Virus record (IMG/VR): IMGVR_UViG_2934807906_000003
Location: 1,944-65,943 of that record
Length of the DNA: 64,000 nucleotides
Direction: 5' to 3' (one strand)
Origin: a virus
Lineage: Duplodnaviria; Caudoviricetes
Of this stretch, positions 46,133-55,394 are shown one piece after another (position 1 is the first letter of the stretch; each line of letters opens with the position of its first letter). Below the pieces are notes generated by a model, which worked only from the letters and a program-made list of their open reading frames with translations, ran no database searches and had not been told where the DNA came from. A program made the position numbers and the translations under genes.

Positions 46133-46485
46133 GGCTGGGCTCGGCGGGTGCGCCCGCTGTACCAGGGCAGGGCGAGTCCGTCGTTCTCGGCGCGGGGCAC
46201 GAGGTGCAGGTGGAGGTGGAACACGGACTGCGTCGCGGGCCGGCCCTTGCTGGTGATCAGGTTCATGGGGCCGCTATCTCGTGCAAGTTCGGCGGCGTAG
46301 TGCATGGTGACGGCCGAGGTGTAGGCGCTGGTGGTGAAGTCATCGACGTGCCGTTTGGGGATGACCAGCAGGTGGCCCTCGACGACGGGGTTGAGGGGGA
46401 CGATGGCGATCGCCTGGGGCCAGTCGCGGATGATCGTGGCGGGCGCACGGCCGGCGACGATCTCGCAGAAGGGGCAGTCGGTCAT
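46129..46485 (-). CDS. HIT-family nucleotide hydrolase
   Basis: CPFCEI, GHLLVIPKRH, QSVFHLHLHLVPR. Confidence 0.92.
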   Translation of the reverse strand: MTDCPFCEIVAGRAPATIIRDWPQAIAIVPLNPVVEGHLLVIPKRHVDDFTTSAYTSAVTMHYAAELARDSGPMNLITSKGRPATQSVFHLHLHLVPRAENDGLALPWYSGRTRRAQP

Positions 46486-46590
46486 CTGGGTCTCCGTGAT
46501 GTCAGGTTGGGGGGAAAGGCTCTGTGCGCCTCTGTGAGGCTGCATGGCGGGCTCCGGCGCCGCGAGGGGCACCGGACCCCTGAGAGCTCC

Positions 46591-46953
46591 TCAGGCGGCG
46601 TTCTGTGGCGCCTGGCGGGCCTTGTAGCGGCTGCGGTGCTCCCGCTCCCCGGCCCGACACGCCTCGCAGGGGTCCTCGCCCCGGCGGCGATGCGCCTCGT
46701 ACCCGGCGTGGTCGCCGTGCCGCCGGCGCTGGCCATCGAGCAACCCGGCCTGGCAGGCGAGGAAGACGGCGTGCGGGGCATTGTTGGCGCCGAGCTTGGT
46801 CAGGACACGCTGCATGTGCGCCTTCGCCGTGTTCTCCGAGACCGCCGGCTGGACTCGCCGCGCAGCCTCGCCGTAGCTGAATCCCTGGCTCGTCAGCTGC
46901 AGGATCTCGAGCTCTCGCGGGCCGAGTGGCTGGCCGTACCGCGGGACGCTCAC
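46591..46953 (-). CDS. LuxR-type HTH protein with C-terminal H/C motif
   Basis: RELEILQL..G.S..E..SENTAKAHM..KLGA; HG..GY..H..PCEAC. Confidence 0.8.
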   Translation of the reverse strand: MSVPRYGQPLGPRELEILQLTSQGFSYGEAARRVQPAVSENTAKAHMQRVLTKLGANNAPHAVFLACQAGLLDGQRRRHGDHAGYEAHRRRGEDPCEACRAGEREHRSRYKARQAPQNAA

Positions 46954-47129
46954 GACTCGCCGCCTTCAGGCTTGCCCCAGTGGGCGCAGCCGTCCTTGTG
47001 CTTGCCGTCGTGGCCGAGCTCCCGCTCGCAGCGGTTGCAGACCCTGCCGTCGGACATCCGGATGACGGCCGGGCAGATCGTTGCGGCATCCCGGAGGTGG
47101 CGGCGCGGGAGGTTGGGTTGAGCGGCCAT
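46950..47129 (-). CDS. Small Cys/His protein
   Basis: GGAG RBS; CPA...C..ELGHDGKH. Confidence 0.55.
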   Translation of the reverse strand: MAAQPNLPRRHLRDAATICPAVIRMSDGRVCNRCERELGHDGKHKDGCAHWGKPEGGES

Positions 47130-47195
47130 CGGGGTCTCCGTTCGTGAGAGGGTCGGGGTGGCCCGCCCCCGCTGCCTGGGGGCGGGCCGTTTGCG

Positions 47196-47369
47196 TCACG
47201 GGGTGGGGTCGGTGGGGGCCATGACCCAGGTCGGCAGGTCGTCGTCGCCGATCTGACCGATGCAGGCGAGGGTGATGCCGTGGGCCTGGAGCCAGAGTTC
47301 GAGCCGGGGCCAGACGGCGGGGTGGACTAGCAGTTGCCGCACTTCGCCGGCTTCAGGCAGGTCGGTCAT
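47196..47369 (-). CDS. Small hypothetical protein
   Basis: GGAGG RBS. Confidence 0.55.
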   Translation of the reverse strand: MTDLPEAGEVRQLLVHPAVWPRLELWLQAHGITLACIGQIGDDDLPTWVMAPTDPTP

Positions 47370-47412
47370 GGGGTTCCTCCGGTGTTGTCGGGCGGGTGTC
47401 GTCTCGGGCAGG

Positions 47413-48828
47413 TCAGGCGGCGTCGTCGACCGGCCGGCCGGAGCGGCAGGCCCACGGGGAGCAGCCGTCGGGGTCGCCGTCTTCGGCGCGCTGGAGTTGG
47501 GCGGCGTACACCTGGTCGGTGACGGTGGTGGGCTTCCATTCGCGGGGCTGTCGAACATCGATGGGTGCTTCGTCGAGGGGGAGGCAGCTGGCGTGGAGGT
47601 AGCGCTGCTGGGTCATGCCGGCCCCGTGGCGGTATGCCTTGTCGAAGGCGACGACCTCGGCCCAGGCCTGCGGGTCGGTGTCGCGGAGCCGGCGCCATTC
47701 CGCGTTCGACTTGAACGGGCAGCCAAGGCACGAGGACTTGGTGACGTTGCCCCAGCCGCGGGCTTCGAGGTACTCGATGCACTGGGCGCGGGACATGTCG
47801 AGTTCGAGGAGCGGGTAGCGGCTGCGGCTGTACTTGGTGTCGCCGCGGTTAGAGACTCGGCCGATCTCGTCGGTGGAGAAGCCGATCCACTGCTCTGCCC
47901 AGGCGCCGGCGGGGGGAGGTCCGACGCGGCTTATGGTGCCGAGTCCTTCGCAGACCGAGCAGTCGCCGATGACGGTTTCGCCGCGCTTGGCCCGCCAGGG
48001 GGCAACGCGCTTGCCTTCTCCGTTGCAGTACCGGCACAGGATTTCGTTGCCGATGGGGGCGCCGAGGAGGAGGCGGACCTGCTCGAGGATGGGCCGAAGC
48101 TTGTACTGCTGGGTGCACTTGCGGTTGAGCATGCCGTAGTCACGCTTGGTCTCGGTGTGGGAGGCGGTGGCGACAAGCCCCGTGGAGTTGCACGGATCGT
48201 GCGGCCCCGGCACTTGGCGCAGGCCTGCTCGGCGCAATGCGGCTGCCACCTTCGACGCGGCTACGTACTCGTCCTCGAGATCTCCCTCTTCGATCTCGAT
48301 GTCCGAGGGCGGTGCCCACTGGGCTGCCCTGGCATCCACCTCGCTGAGCGTGGCCCCCAGGGGGATGAGGTGGATGAGGTCGAACAGTCCGTCCATGTCG
48401 CTGAGGTCGGCCGTCTCGACGGCGAACAGGCTCATTTCGCCTGCGCCCTCAGCGCTGTCGGCCTTGACCTGCCGCAGTTTTCGCCATCCGCACGACTTGA
48501 CCGGGCACAGTCCCCACCGGTCGACGACCTTGACCTCATACGGCTGGCTGGCCGTGTACGCGGGGATGGCCCGCATCTTGTCGGGGTTGAGGATGTCGTC
48601 CTGGATGACGCCGTTGCTGACGCGGTAGAGCGGGATGCCGAGGGGCTGGAAGATCTCACGTTCGACGCGGTCGAGGGTGGCGTAGACGCCGGCCGGTTCC
48701 CACCCGGTGTCACTGAAGATCGCGGCGTGAGGCTTCTCGAGCTTGCCTTCGGCGATGAGGAGGGCTTCGGTGATGGACTGGACTCCGGCGCCGAAGCTCA
48801 TCGCCTTGATCGTCGGCTGGTCGCTCAT
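47413..48828 (-). CDS. PAPS-reductase-like (PP-loop) protein with large internal insertions
   Basis: SFGAGVQS, FSDTGWE, RKCTQQYK, WIGFSTDE, YPL, KSSCLGCPF, YLH. Confidence 0.8.
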   Translation of the reverse strand: MSDQPTIKAMSFGAGVQSITEALLIAEGKLEKPHAAIFSDTGWEPAGVYATLDRVEREIFQPLGIPLYRVSNGVIQDDILNPDKMRAIPAYTASQPYEVKVVDRWGLCPVKSCGWRKLRQVKADSAEGAGEMSLFAVETADLSDMDGLFDLIHLIPLGATLSEVDARAAQWAPPSDIEIEEGDLEDEYVAASKVAAALRRAGLRQVPGPHDPCNSTGLVATASHTETKRDYGMLNRKCTQQYKLRPILEQVRLLLGAPIGNEILCRYCNGEGKRVAPWRAKRGETVIGDCSVCEGLGTISRVGPPPAGAWAEQWIGFSTDEIGRVSNRGDTKYSRSRYPLLELDMSRAQCIEYLEARGWGNVTKSSCLGCPFKSNAEWRRLRDTDPQAWAEVVAFDKAYRHGAGMTQQRYLHASCLPLDEAPIDVRQPREWKPTTVTDQVYAAQLQRAEDGDPDGCSPWACRSGRPVDDAA

Positions 48829-49022
48829 CGGCTTGCCTTTCGTGCGGGTCGTGTGGGGATGGGTCCGTGCCATTCGGTGCCGTCGAGTGCCTGCTCGAGG
48901 ACGGTCCGGTGGCGGGCGGCGGCTGGGTCGTGGCGGGCCCTGTAGCGGGCCGTGGACGGTCGGGGGCCGCCGAAGGTGCCGTCGGGCCACTCCTCGGCGA
49001 GGACCCGCTCGAGGGCGCTCAT
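48825..49022 (-). CDS. Small hypothetical protein
   Basis: ATGA-coupled; E.WPDGTFG. Confidence 0.55.
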   Translation of the reverse strand: MSALERVLAEEWPDGTFGGPRPSTARYRARHDPAAARHRTVLEQALDGTEWHGPIPTRPARKASR

Positions 49023-49810
49023 GCGGCCAACTCCTCGGTGAAGCAGCCGCAGCCGCCTTCATCGAAGATGTCGAGCTGGTCGGGCTGCCGCTCTATGCGG
49101 GTTCGGAGCGCGGCCAGCGTGAGCGGCTTCGTGGTGCCGTCGGTGCGGTCGCGGAGGATGCTGACGTCCTTGCCAAGCAGGGCCCGCATCTTCACCTCGG
49201 CGGCCTCGGCGCGGGCGTACCGCTCCGGGAAGACCTCAAGGAGGCGCGCCCACTGGGCTTGGCCGCCCTTGACGCAGGCTCCCCCGCAGTTGTTGTGCGA
49301 CCAGCCGAGCCGGTACAGGCGCGGCATCGGCAGGCCGGCGGCGCGGGCCTCGTTCAGCAGCTCGGTTTTGTCCCGGTAGGGCGGTGCCGTGAGCGGCGCC
49401 TGGACTGTCCAGGGCGCCCAGCCCTTCACGATGCCCGGGAGGCGGTGGGTCTCGGTCCAGTCGATGCCGACGTACAGCACCGTGTCCGCCGGGTGGGTGT
49501 TGGCGGCAAGCCAGTCGCGGCATGGAACTTGCTTCAGGGCGTGGGAGCACTGGGCGATGCGGGTGTTGCCGAGCCACCGCTTGTCTTCGAAGACCTGCCA
49601 GGGGTCGCGGCCGTCAGCAACGCGGGTGATCGGTACTCCGAGCTGTGCACTGGCCGCGTCGTTGAACGTGTAGAGGTCTTCGTCTTCGATGAGGGTGTCG
49701 GCGAAGAGCAGGGTTGTGCTGGCCGTGCCGTGTTCGGCGATGACGTGGCGGGCGGTGGCCCAGCTGGTGATGCCGCCGGACCACATGACGACGTGCTGGG
49801 TGTTGGTCAT
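49019..49810 (-). CDS. Second PAPS-reductase-like (PP-loop) protein
   Basis: WSGGITS, FADTLIEDEDLY, CSHALK, GIDWTE, HNNCGGACVKGG, GCGCF. Confidence 0.82.
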   Translation of the reverse strand: MTNTQHVVMWSGGITSWATARHVIAEHGTASTTLLFADTLIEDEDLYTFNDAASAQLGVPITRVADGRDPWQVFEDKRWLGNTRIAQCSHALKQVPCRDWLAANTHPADTVLYVGIDWTETHRLPGIVKGWAPWTVQAPLTAPPYRDKTELLNEARAAGLPMPRLYRLGWSHNNCGGACVKGGQAQWARLLEVFPERYARAEAAEVKMRALLGKDVSILRDRTDGTTKPLTLAALRTRIERQPDQLDIFDEGGCGCFTEELAA

Positions 49811-50112
49811 GCGGCCGTTCCCTTCGCTTCGGTGTACCGCTGGGCGTGGACGTTGGATTCGGTGCCGTCCTGGTTCCGGCAGGGGTAGGTCGGGAGGACT
49901 TGGCAGGTGCTGCAGACGGCTGTCTGGATGGCGTGGGCGTCGATCCGTGCGGGGCAGGGCTGGGGCTTGGTGATGCGGCCGGAGATGGTTGTGCAGCGGG
50001 CTCCTTCGGCCGCCCCGCAGTGGGGGCAGCGGACCGTGCGGGCGGGGTGCGGGGCGGGACGGCCGGCACGCAGGGCGGCGGGCATCGGGGCAGAACGGGG
50101 ACGGTCGATCAC
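49807..50112 (-). CDS. Zn-finger protein
   Basis: CPHCGA..G.RC; CSTC..PC..H..R. Confidence 0.65.
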   Translation of the reverse strand: MIDRPRSAPMPAALRAGRPAPHPARTVRCPHCGAAEGARCTTISGRITKPQPCPARIDAHAIQTAVCSTCQVLPTYPCRNQDGTESNVHAQRYTEAKGTAA

Positions 50113-50513
50113 TGGTCCTCCTGCGAGGCGAGGCCGAGGATGCGGGCCGTGGTGCAGGGCCAGGCGACGGAGCGATCCGGGCTGGGCAGCGGGTCCGGTG
50201 CGTCGGGGGCCTCCGGGACGGGTCCGGTTGCGCACCGGGTGCAGATCCGGCGCCCACCCCATGAGGTCTGCTGGTGACCGAAGTCGTCCTCGCTGTGGCC
50301 GAGGTCGTCCCGGAGGCAGCGGCGGCAGGGACGCTTGCCAGCAGCAAGGGCTTCGGACCGGGTGGTTTCGGTGATCTGCCAGCCTCGGCCGTGGGTGCAG
50401 TAGCCCCAGCAGTCGCAGTCGTAGTCGTGGATGTTCTGGCCCATTTCGAAGGCCGGGCAGTTGCTGGTGCGGTGATAGCGGTGGCCTCCCGCTGAGGCGT
50501 ACACGGTTGTCAC
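50109..50513 (-). CDS. Cys/His-rich hypothetical protein
   Basis: RYH..NC, RPCRRC, CTRC, WPC. Confidence 0.6.
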   Translation of the reverse strand: MTTVYASAGGHRYHRTSNCPAFEMGQNIHDYDCDCWGYCTHGRGWQITETTRSEALAAGKRPCRRCLRDDLGHSEDDFGHQQTSWGGRRICTRCATGPVPEAPDAPDPLPSPDRSVAWPCTTARILGLASQEDQ

Positions 50514-50761
50514 TGGTCTGCCTCCGGGGCTCCGCTGGCGAGGGCCAGGGTGGGGTGCAGGACCTGCAGGGCGGCGATGAGTGCCATCGGGTCGGGTGCG
50601 CCGAGTTCCGCAGCGTCGTTGCCGGCGTCGTCGAGCCAGTTGGCGAAGGCGTGGACGACGCTCACCGGCATGGGCACGGTGTCGGTGCTGGCTGCGATGG
50701 CGGCGTCTCGGAGGGTGTCGGCGGCGGCTCGGAAGTCGGCGACGGGGGTGGGGATGGTCAC
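50510..50761 (-). CDS. Hypothetical protein
   Basis: GTGA-coupled. Confidence 0.55.
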   Translation of the reverse strand: MTIPTPVADFRAAADTLRDAAIAASTDTVPMPVSVVHAFANWLDDAGNDAAELGAPDPMALIAALQVLHPTLALASGAPEADQ

Positions 50762-51033
50762 GGGTTCACCTCTAGGCATTCGGTGTCGGGTGGACGCCAG
50801 CCGGCGTCCAGGAGGCGGGCGACGATGCGACGGGCGGTCTCTTCGGGGGTGCCGTCTCCGAAGCCGGGGAAGGCCTCCGGGTTCGCGGCTCGCCCTTTCT
50901 GGACGGCGAGGGCGGCGTGGACGTGTGCGGTGATCCACTGCTCGGCGATGGCGATGCCGTTCTGGCCGTGCTCGTAGCTGATGCGGGCCAGGTCGCATTC
51001 GACGGCGGCCATGCGGGGGTCGTCGGCTTTCAC
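50758..51033 (-). CDS. Hypothetical protein
   Basis: ARRIVARLLDAGWRPP. Confidence 0.65.
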   Translation of the reverse strand: MKADDPRMAAVECDLARISYEHGQNGIAIAEQWITAHVHAALAVQKGRAANPEAFPGFGDGTPEETARRIVARLLDAGWRPPDTECLEVNP

Positions 51034-51773
51034 GCGGCACCTCGCCGGCGTCGGCTCGGGCCTTCCATCGGGACGATGTGGGTGATCTCGCGGAGCCTGT
51101 CCGCGATCCGCTCGCCGAGCTTGTCGGTGAGGTCGGGGCCTTGCTTGACGCCGTTCCTGTCGATGACGGAAAGGGCGGGCAGGTTGCTGGTGATCAGCGT
51201 TGGCAGGGACTCGTTGTAGCGCTCGTTCAGGAGCCGGTACGTCGCCTCTTCGGTGAACTCGCTGATCTTTTCGGTGCCGAGGTCGTCGATGAGGAGCAGC
51301 GGGATCTTCTTCAGCCGCTTCACCTCGTACTCGGTGCCGCGTTCACTGCCGCCGGGCCGCATGAGGGCATACATGTCTGGGGCGGTGATCGCGATGACCT
51401 CGTAGCGCTCGGGCCCTGCCTCCGCGATTCGGCGGAGGGCCCCGTAGGACTGGTGGGTCTTGCCGGTGCCGAACGATCCGGTCAGCAGGACGAAGCCAGC
51501 GGAGCGGGGATCGACCGCGACCCGGTCAGCCCAGGCCATGAGGTCGGGGTGGGTGCAGCTGGCGTTCTGGTAGCGGTACGGGGTGGCCGACTCCCAGCGG
51601 GCCAGCGCCCAGTTGGCACGGCGCTTGCGGTGGTACTCAGGGTGGCCGGGCTCATCCTCGGCGGGGGTGTCATCGATCGGGCCGGGCTCGATGTGGTCGA
51701 GGCCGCGGGCTGCGAGTGCGCGTTGGAGGCGGGCGGTGAGGTTGCCGCTGAACACGGGACTGGGTTCGGGCAT
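51030..51773 (-). CDS. DnaC/IstB-like helicase loader ATPase
   Basis: GSFGTGKT, LLLIDDLG, LLNERY, TSN, GERIADRL. Confidence 0.92.
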   Translation of the reverse strand: MPEPSPVFSGNLTARLQRALAARGLDHIEPGPIDDTPAEDEPGHPEYHRKRRANWALARWESATPYRYQNASCTHPDLMAWADRVAVDPRSAGFVLLTGSFGTGKTHQSYGALRRIAEAGPERYEVIAITAPDMYALMRPGGSERGTEYEVKRLKKIPLLLIDDLGTEKISEFTEEATYRLLNERYNESLPTLITSNLPALSVIDRNGVKQGPDLTDKLGERIADRLREITHIVPMEGPSRRRRGAA

Positions 51774-51775
51774 GG

Positions 51776-52615
51776 TCAGAATCCGTTCGCGTAGTTGGCG
51801 TTCGGGTTGAGCCGGAAGGGCTGGTGCTTTTGGCCGTCGACAACCCGGAGGTTGGGCTGGCCGGCAGGAGCCTCGGGGTACTCGTCGTGGTAGCGCTCGT
51901 TGCGGAGCCAGTTCGCGGCGTAGGCGATGAACTTGGGGTTGGGCTCGTCGGCCACAGATCGTGCGTAGCCCTGGGCGGCGGCAACGATGACGGCCGGGTC
52001 CTCGCCGCGGCGCATGGCCGCGATCCACTCGTCCTTGGCTTTGCCGCGGTCGAGCTTCTTCGGGTAGTTGGTCCAGAAGGCGCCGAAGGCTTCGAGGTTC
52101 TCCGCGACGGGGGAGGAGGAAGCCTCCTCCTCTTCTTGAGGAGAGTGAGGGGCTGAGGGGAAGGGGGTAGCCCCGGCATCTTCAGAAGGAGCCCCGGCAT
52201 CTTCTGAAGATGCCCCTGCTTCCCCTTGAGGGGTGGAAGGGGTAGCCCCTGCTTCCCCTAGGAGTAGTCCCCGCTTCTCCTTATCCTCGGAAGGGGTAGC
52301 CCCGGCATCCCCTTCGAAAGGGGGCACACGGAACGTCATCCGCCGGCCCGGCACCGCGTACAACAGGCGCCCGTCCTTGCCCTTGCCGATCGGGATTCGG
52401 AACTCCCAACCCCTGGAGGCCAGCCGCTTGAGGGCGTCACGGACGACGACGCTGTCCTTGGCTCCGGTCCAGCGCGCGAGCTCGTCCAGCCCGACGTAGC
52501 TCTCGCGAGTCTTGTCGTTGGCGTCGTCTGTGATCTCGAGGGCCACGGCCCGCTGCAGGCCGATGATGTCCGGCCCGAGCGCGTTCCGCAGCTGGCGGCG
52601 GAGCTCGTAACCCAT
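51776..52615 (-). CDS. Phage replication initiator
   Basis: N-terminal wHTH, repetitive linker, FW..YPKK..K.A, ANWL..ERY.D; upstream of the DnaC-like gene. Confidence 0.8.
   Translation of the reverse strand: MGYELRRQLRNALGPDIIGLQRAVALEITDDANDKTRESYVGLDELARWTGAKDSVVVRDALKRLASRGWEFRIPIGKGKDGRLLYAVPGRRMTFRVPPFEGDAGATPSEDKEKRGLLLGEAGATPSTPQGEAGASSEDAGAPSEDAGATPFPSAPHSPQEEEEASSSPVAENLEAFGAFWTNYPKKLDRGKAKDEWIAAMRRGEDPAVIVAAAQGYARSVADEPNPKFIAYAANWLRNERYHDEYPEAPAGQPNLRVVDGQKHQPFRLNPNANYANGF
52160..52314. repeat. Iteron-like repeats inside the initiator gene (candidate ori)
   Basis: GGGGTAGCCCC x3, GCCCCGGCATC x3, GCCCCTGCTTCCCC x2. Confidence 0.7.
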
Positions 52616-52652
52616 GGCGTCTTCTCTCTGGCTGGTGCGGGTAAAGGGGTGG

Positions 52653-53357
52653 CTAGGCCGCGGCGGGGGTGGGTGCGAGGTGCTCGGCGAGCTGCTGGCC
52701 GATCCATCGCGTGTAGGCCGGGGGGACGGCTTGGTTCATGCCGTCCTTGGTCATCCAGTCGAGGCCGCCCATGGCGTCGGAGGCTGCGGCGCGGGAGCAG
52801 TTGCCGCCGCCGGTGACCTGCACGAAGTCCCGCCACTGGTCGAGCCGGCCGTAGTGGGCCTTCCGCTTGTCGAGCGTGTAGTGCAGCGGGTGGCGCTTCG
52901 GGCAGGGCCGCGGGACGGTCAGCGGGATGTTGGACTCGAAGAGGCGGTGTCGGCTGACGCGGAGGCCGTCGAACATCGTTCCGCAGAGGATCAGCGGGGT
53001 TTGGAGCGGCGCCCCTTCGACGTTCTCGATGACGTAGGGCAGTCCGGAGGCCTCGACGAGGGCGCGGGTTTCGGGGATGAAGTCCTCGTACTCGCGGCCG
53101 GTTCGGTGGGCGAGGTCGGAGTGTGCCCAGCAGGGCGGGGAGCCGGCGACCGCGTCGAAGTTCTGTGCCAACCAGTCGGAGTCGAGATCACGCAGGTCGG
53201 CCTGGATGAACGGGAACGGGTACCGCGGCTGCGGCTCCCGGTCGACACCGACGACGTCGAAGCCGGCCAGGTAGTAGCCCATCGAGGAACCGCCCTGCTT
53301 GCAGCAGAGGTCGATGACCGTCAGGCCGTTTGGGACGCGGCGGGGAAGCTCGGACAT
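52653..53357 (-). CDS. Short DNA (cytosine-5) methyltransferase
   Basis: IDLCCKQGG (degenerate motif I), GSPPC, IENV, RHRLFE, QAVPP. Confidence 0.8.
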   Translation of the reverse strand: MSELPRRVPNGLTVIDLCCKQGGSSMGYYLAGFDVVGVDREPQPRYPFPFIQADLRDLDSDWLAQNFDAVAGSPPCWAHSDLAHRTGREYEDFIPETRALVEASGLPYVIENVEGAPLQTPLILCGTMFDGLRVSRHRLFESNIPLTVPRPCPKRHPLHYTLDKRKAHYGRLDQWRDFVQVTGGGNCSRAAASDAMGGLDWMTKDGMNQAVPPAYTRWIGQQLAEHLAPTPAAA

Positions 53358-53896
53358 CAGGCGGCCTTTCGCATGTCGTCGCGGGTGGCCGCCGAGGTGC
53401 GTTCGCGGTATGCCTTGCGGGCCGCGCGGTCGCAGGGGCGGCAGTAGGGCTTGCCGTCCTTTCGGTAGCCAAGGCAGTCCGGGTAGGCGTGGCCGCGGCG
53501 GCACGTCGTCTTCCCCGGCTTGGGCGGCTGGGGGTTCCGGCGCCGAAGCTCCTGCTGGTAGTGCCGGTGACACAGGCCGAGCGCCTTGATCTGCCCTTCG
53601 CAGTCCTCGACCTTGCAGACCCTGGGCGTCTTCAAGCCGACCTGCTCCTTCCACCGGGACGCCTGCCGGTGGTGTGTTCCGACGAGGCGGGCTGCGTCCT
53701 GCTCGCTGCGTCCGGCGGCGGTCAGCAGGAGCGCGGCGGCGCGCTGCTCCTCGCGGGTCAGGGCGGGCAGAGGGCGGTCGTCCTGGACGACCCGCTGGAC
53801 GGCGATCCAGTCGACGTCGTTGCTGTACGTCTCGACGGGCAGCGAGATGCGAGTCGGGGTGTCGAAGGTGCGGCTGGCCTTGATGGATCCGGTCAC
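53357..53896 (-). CDS. HTH plus Zn-finger protein
   Basis: VDWIAVQR, HTH, CKVEDC..LC.RHY, CRRGH, CRPC. Confidence 0.65.
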   Translation of the reverse strand: MTGSIKASRTFDTPTRISLPVETYSNDVDWIAVQRVVQDDRPLPALTREEQRAAALLLTAAGRSEQDAARLVGTHHRQASRWKEQVGLKTPRVCKVEDCEGQIKALGLCHRHYQQELRRRNPQPPKPGKTTCRRGHAYPDCLGYRKDGKPYCRPCDRAARKAYRERTSAATRDDMRKAA

Positions 53897-54153
53897 TGGT
53901 CTTCCTCCGTCCGGCGGGTCTGGTGGGGGATGAAGCAGAGTTCGGCGGTGATGCGGTCGTCGCTGTACGGGTCGCCGGGCGCCTGCTCGACGCCGGTGTT
54001 CCGAAGGGCCCGCTGGGCGGCGAGGTCCGCGAGGAGCTGGGCTCGGCGGTTCGTTGCCGGCGGGGCGGTGTCGTCGTCGAGGGCGAAGCGGTGCAGGACC
54101 CAGGCGCCGGTGAGGGACACGGCGACGATGGCCAGGTCGATGAGGGTGTCCAT
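53893..54153 (-). CDS. Small membrane-anchored protein
   Basis: N-terminal hydrophobic helix; coupled. Confidence 0.55.
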   Translation of the reverse strand: MDTLIDLAIVAVSLTGAWVLHRFALDDDTAPPATNRRAQLLADLAAQRALRNTGVEQAPGDPYSDDRITAELCFIPHQTRRTEEDQ

Positions 54154-54530
54154 CACGCAGCCTGCTTCCGGCCTGCGAGCCGCTCGGCCTGGCGCTTGGC
54201 GGCTATCTCCTCGCCGCGGCCGGTGAGCCGCCAGACGTGGATGCGGTGGCCGTGGGTGGACTTCTGGGTCGACGGCACCATCTCGCCCGTGGCCTCGATG
54301 ACTCCGCCGGCCCGCAGTCCGTTGATGGCGGCGCCGAGGAACCCGTGACCCATCTCCGGGAGCAGCTGGCGCAGGTCGTTGCACGAGAAGGTCGGGGTGA
54401 TCGCGCCGTAGTGAAGGACGGCCTGCATGACGAGGAACTCGTCCCAGCTGGACTGCTGGCGGATCGTGGCGAGAAGGACGTCCTTCTCGGCGGTGGCGAG
54501 GCGTTCGGCGACGGTGAGGCGACGGGTCAT
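54153..54530 (-). CDS. Winged-helix-like phage protein
   Basis: FSCNDLR, LGAA, VPST..STHGHRI.VWRLT. Confidence 0.7.
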   Translation of the reverse strand: MTRRLTVAERLATAEKDVLLATIRQQSSWDEFLVMQAVLHYGAITPTFSCNDLRQLLPEMGHGFLGAAINGLRAGGVIEATGEMVPSTQKSTHGHRIHVWRLTGRGEEIAAKRQAERLAGRKQAA

Positions 54531-54603
54531 GGCGTGGTCCTCTCGCGTGTGCTCTGCTTGGGGTGGGGTGCCGCAGGTTCGGGCCGCGGCACCCCGAGTG
54601 CTG

Positions 54604-55386
54604 CTACTGCTCGGCGGGCTCGGGGTTGGCGTTGAGCCAGGCGAGGAGCGGTGCGGCGATGTCGCGGGCCCCGTTGGGCCGGTCGATGACCTTGCGGTTC
54701 AGCTCGGGGCAGCGGGACTTGAGGACTTCGAGCCGGTTGTCGATGTCCATCGAGACGGCTACGTCGAACTCGTACTCGATGCCCTTGCGCTGCTCGGGCC
54801 GGGTGCCGACGCGCTTCGGCTCCTTCTTGCCGCGCTCGTTCTCCTCCAGGACCCACTCGGTGTAGGAGCGCATCGAGGCGACGACGTGGCCGGGGTAGGC
54901 GAGGATCGCGGCCACCATGTCGTTCTGGATGGGCGTGCCGTCCTTCCAGCCAGCGAACTGGTTGTTGCCGTACTTGCCCTTGGCCCTCTCGACCTGGTCG
55001 AGGGTGCCGTCGGTGCCCGTCCAGAAGTGGCTGAGGCTGTCGACGAAGACCGTGGGGTATCCGGCCTGACCAGCAGCCAAAAGGGCGCGGCCGAGGTCTC
55101 GGGGGTCGTAGCGGTCCATGGCGAGCGTGTCGAACTGGATGCCGCCGACTCCGGCGTAGAGGCTGGCAGCCCCCTTCTCGGTGTCAATGACGGCGAAGCG
55201 GCGTCCCTCTGAGAGGCCCTGGGCGATGCTGAGACCAGTCCAGGTCTTGCCGGAGCCGGACATCCCTTGGATCGAGAGCCGGGCCTTTCGGCCGGCTTTG
55301 CTGGCAGGGCGGAAGGCGAACTGGCCTGAGGCGTCGTCAGAGCTGCCGCGGCGAGCGGTTTGGACGGGCGGGGGAAGCTGGGACAC
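54604..55386 (-). CDS. AAA_24 / Sak4-like ATPase
   Basis: GMSGSGKT, VIDTE.G, VDSLSHFW, EYEFD. Confidence 0.85.
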   Translation of the reverse strand: MSQLPPPVQTARRGSSDDASGQFAFRPASKAGRKARLSIQGMSGSGKTWTGLSIAQGLSEGRRFAVIDTEKGAASLYAGVGGIQFDTLAMDRYDPRDLGRALLAAGQAGYPTVFVDSLSHFWTGTDGTLDQVERAKGKYGNNQFAGWKDGTPIQNDMVAAILAYPGHVVASMRSYTEWVLEENERGKKEPKRVGTRPEQRKGIEYEFDVAVSMDIDNRLEVLKSRCPELNRKVIDRPNGARDIAAPLLAWLNANPEPAEQ

Positions 55387-55394
55387 GGGGGCTC

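Noticed and set aside
47413-48828. Intein in the PAPS-reductase-like protein
   Set aside because: The insertions show no C-terminal HN/C-S-T splice junction or LAGLIDADG motifs
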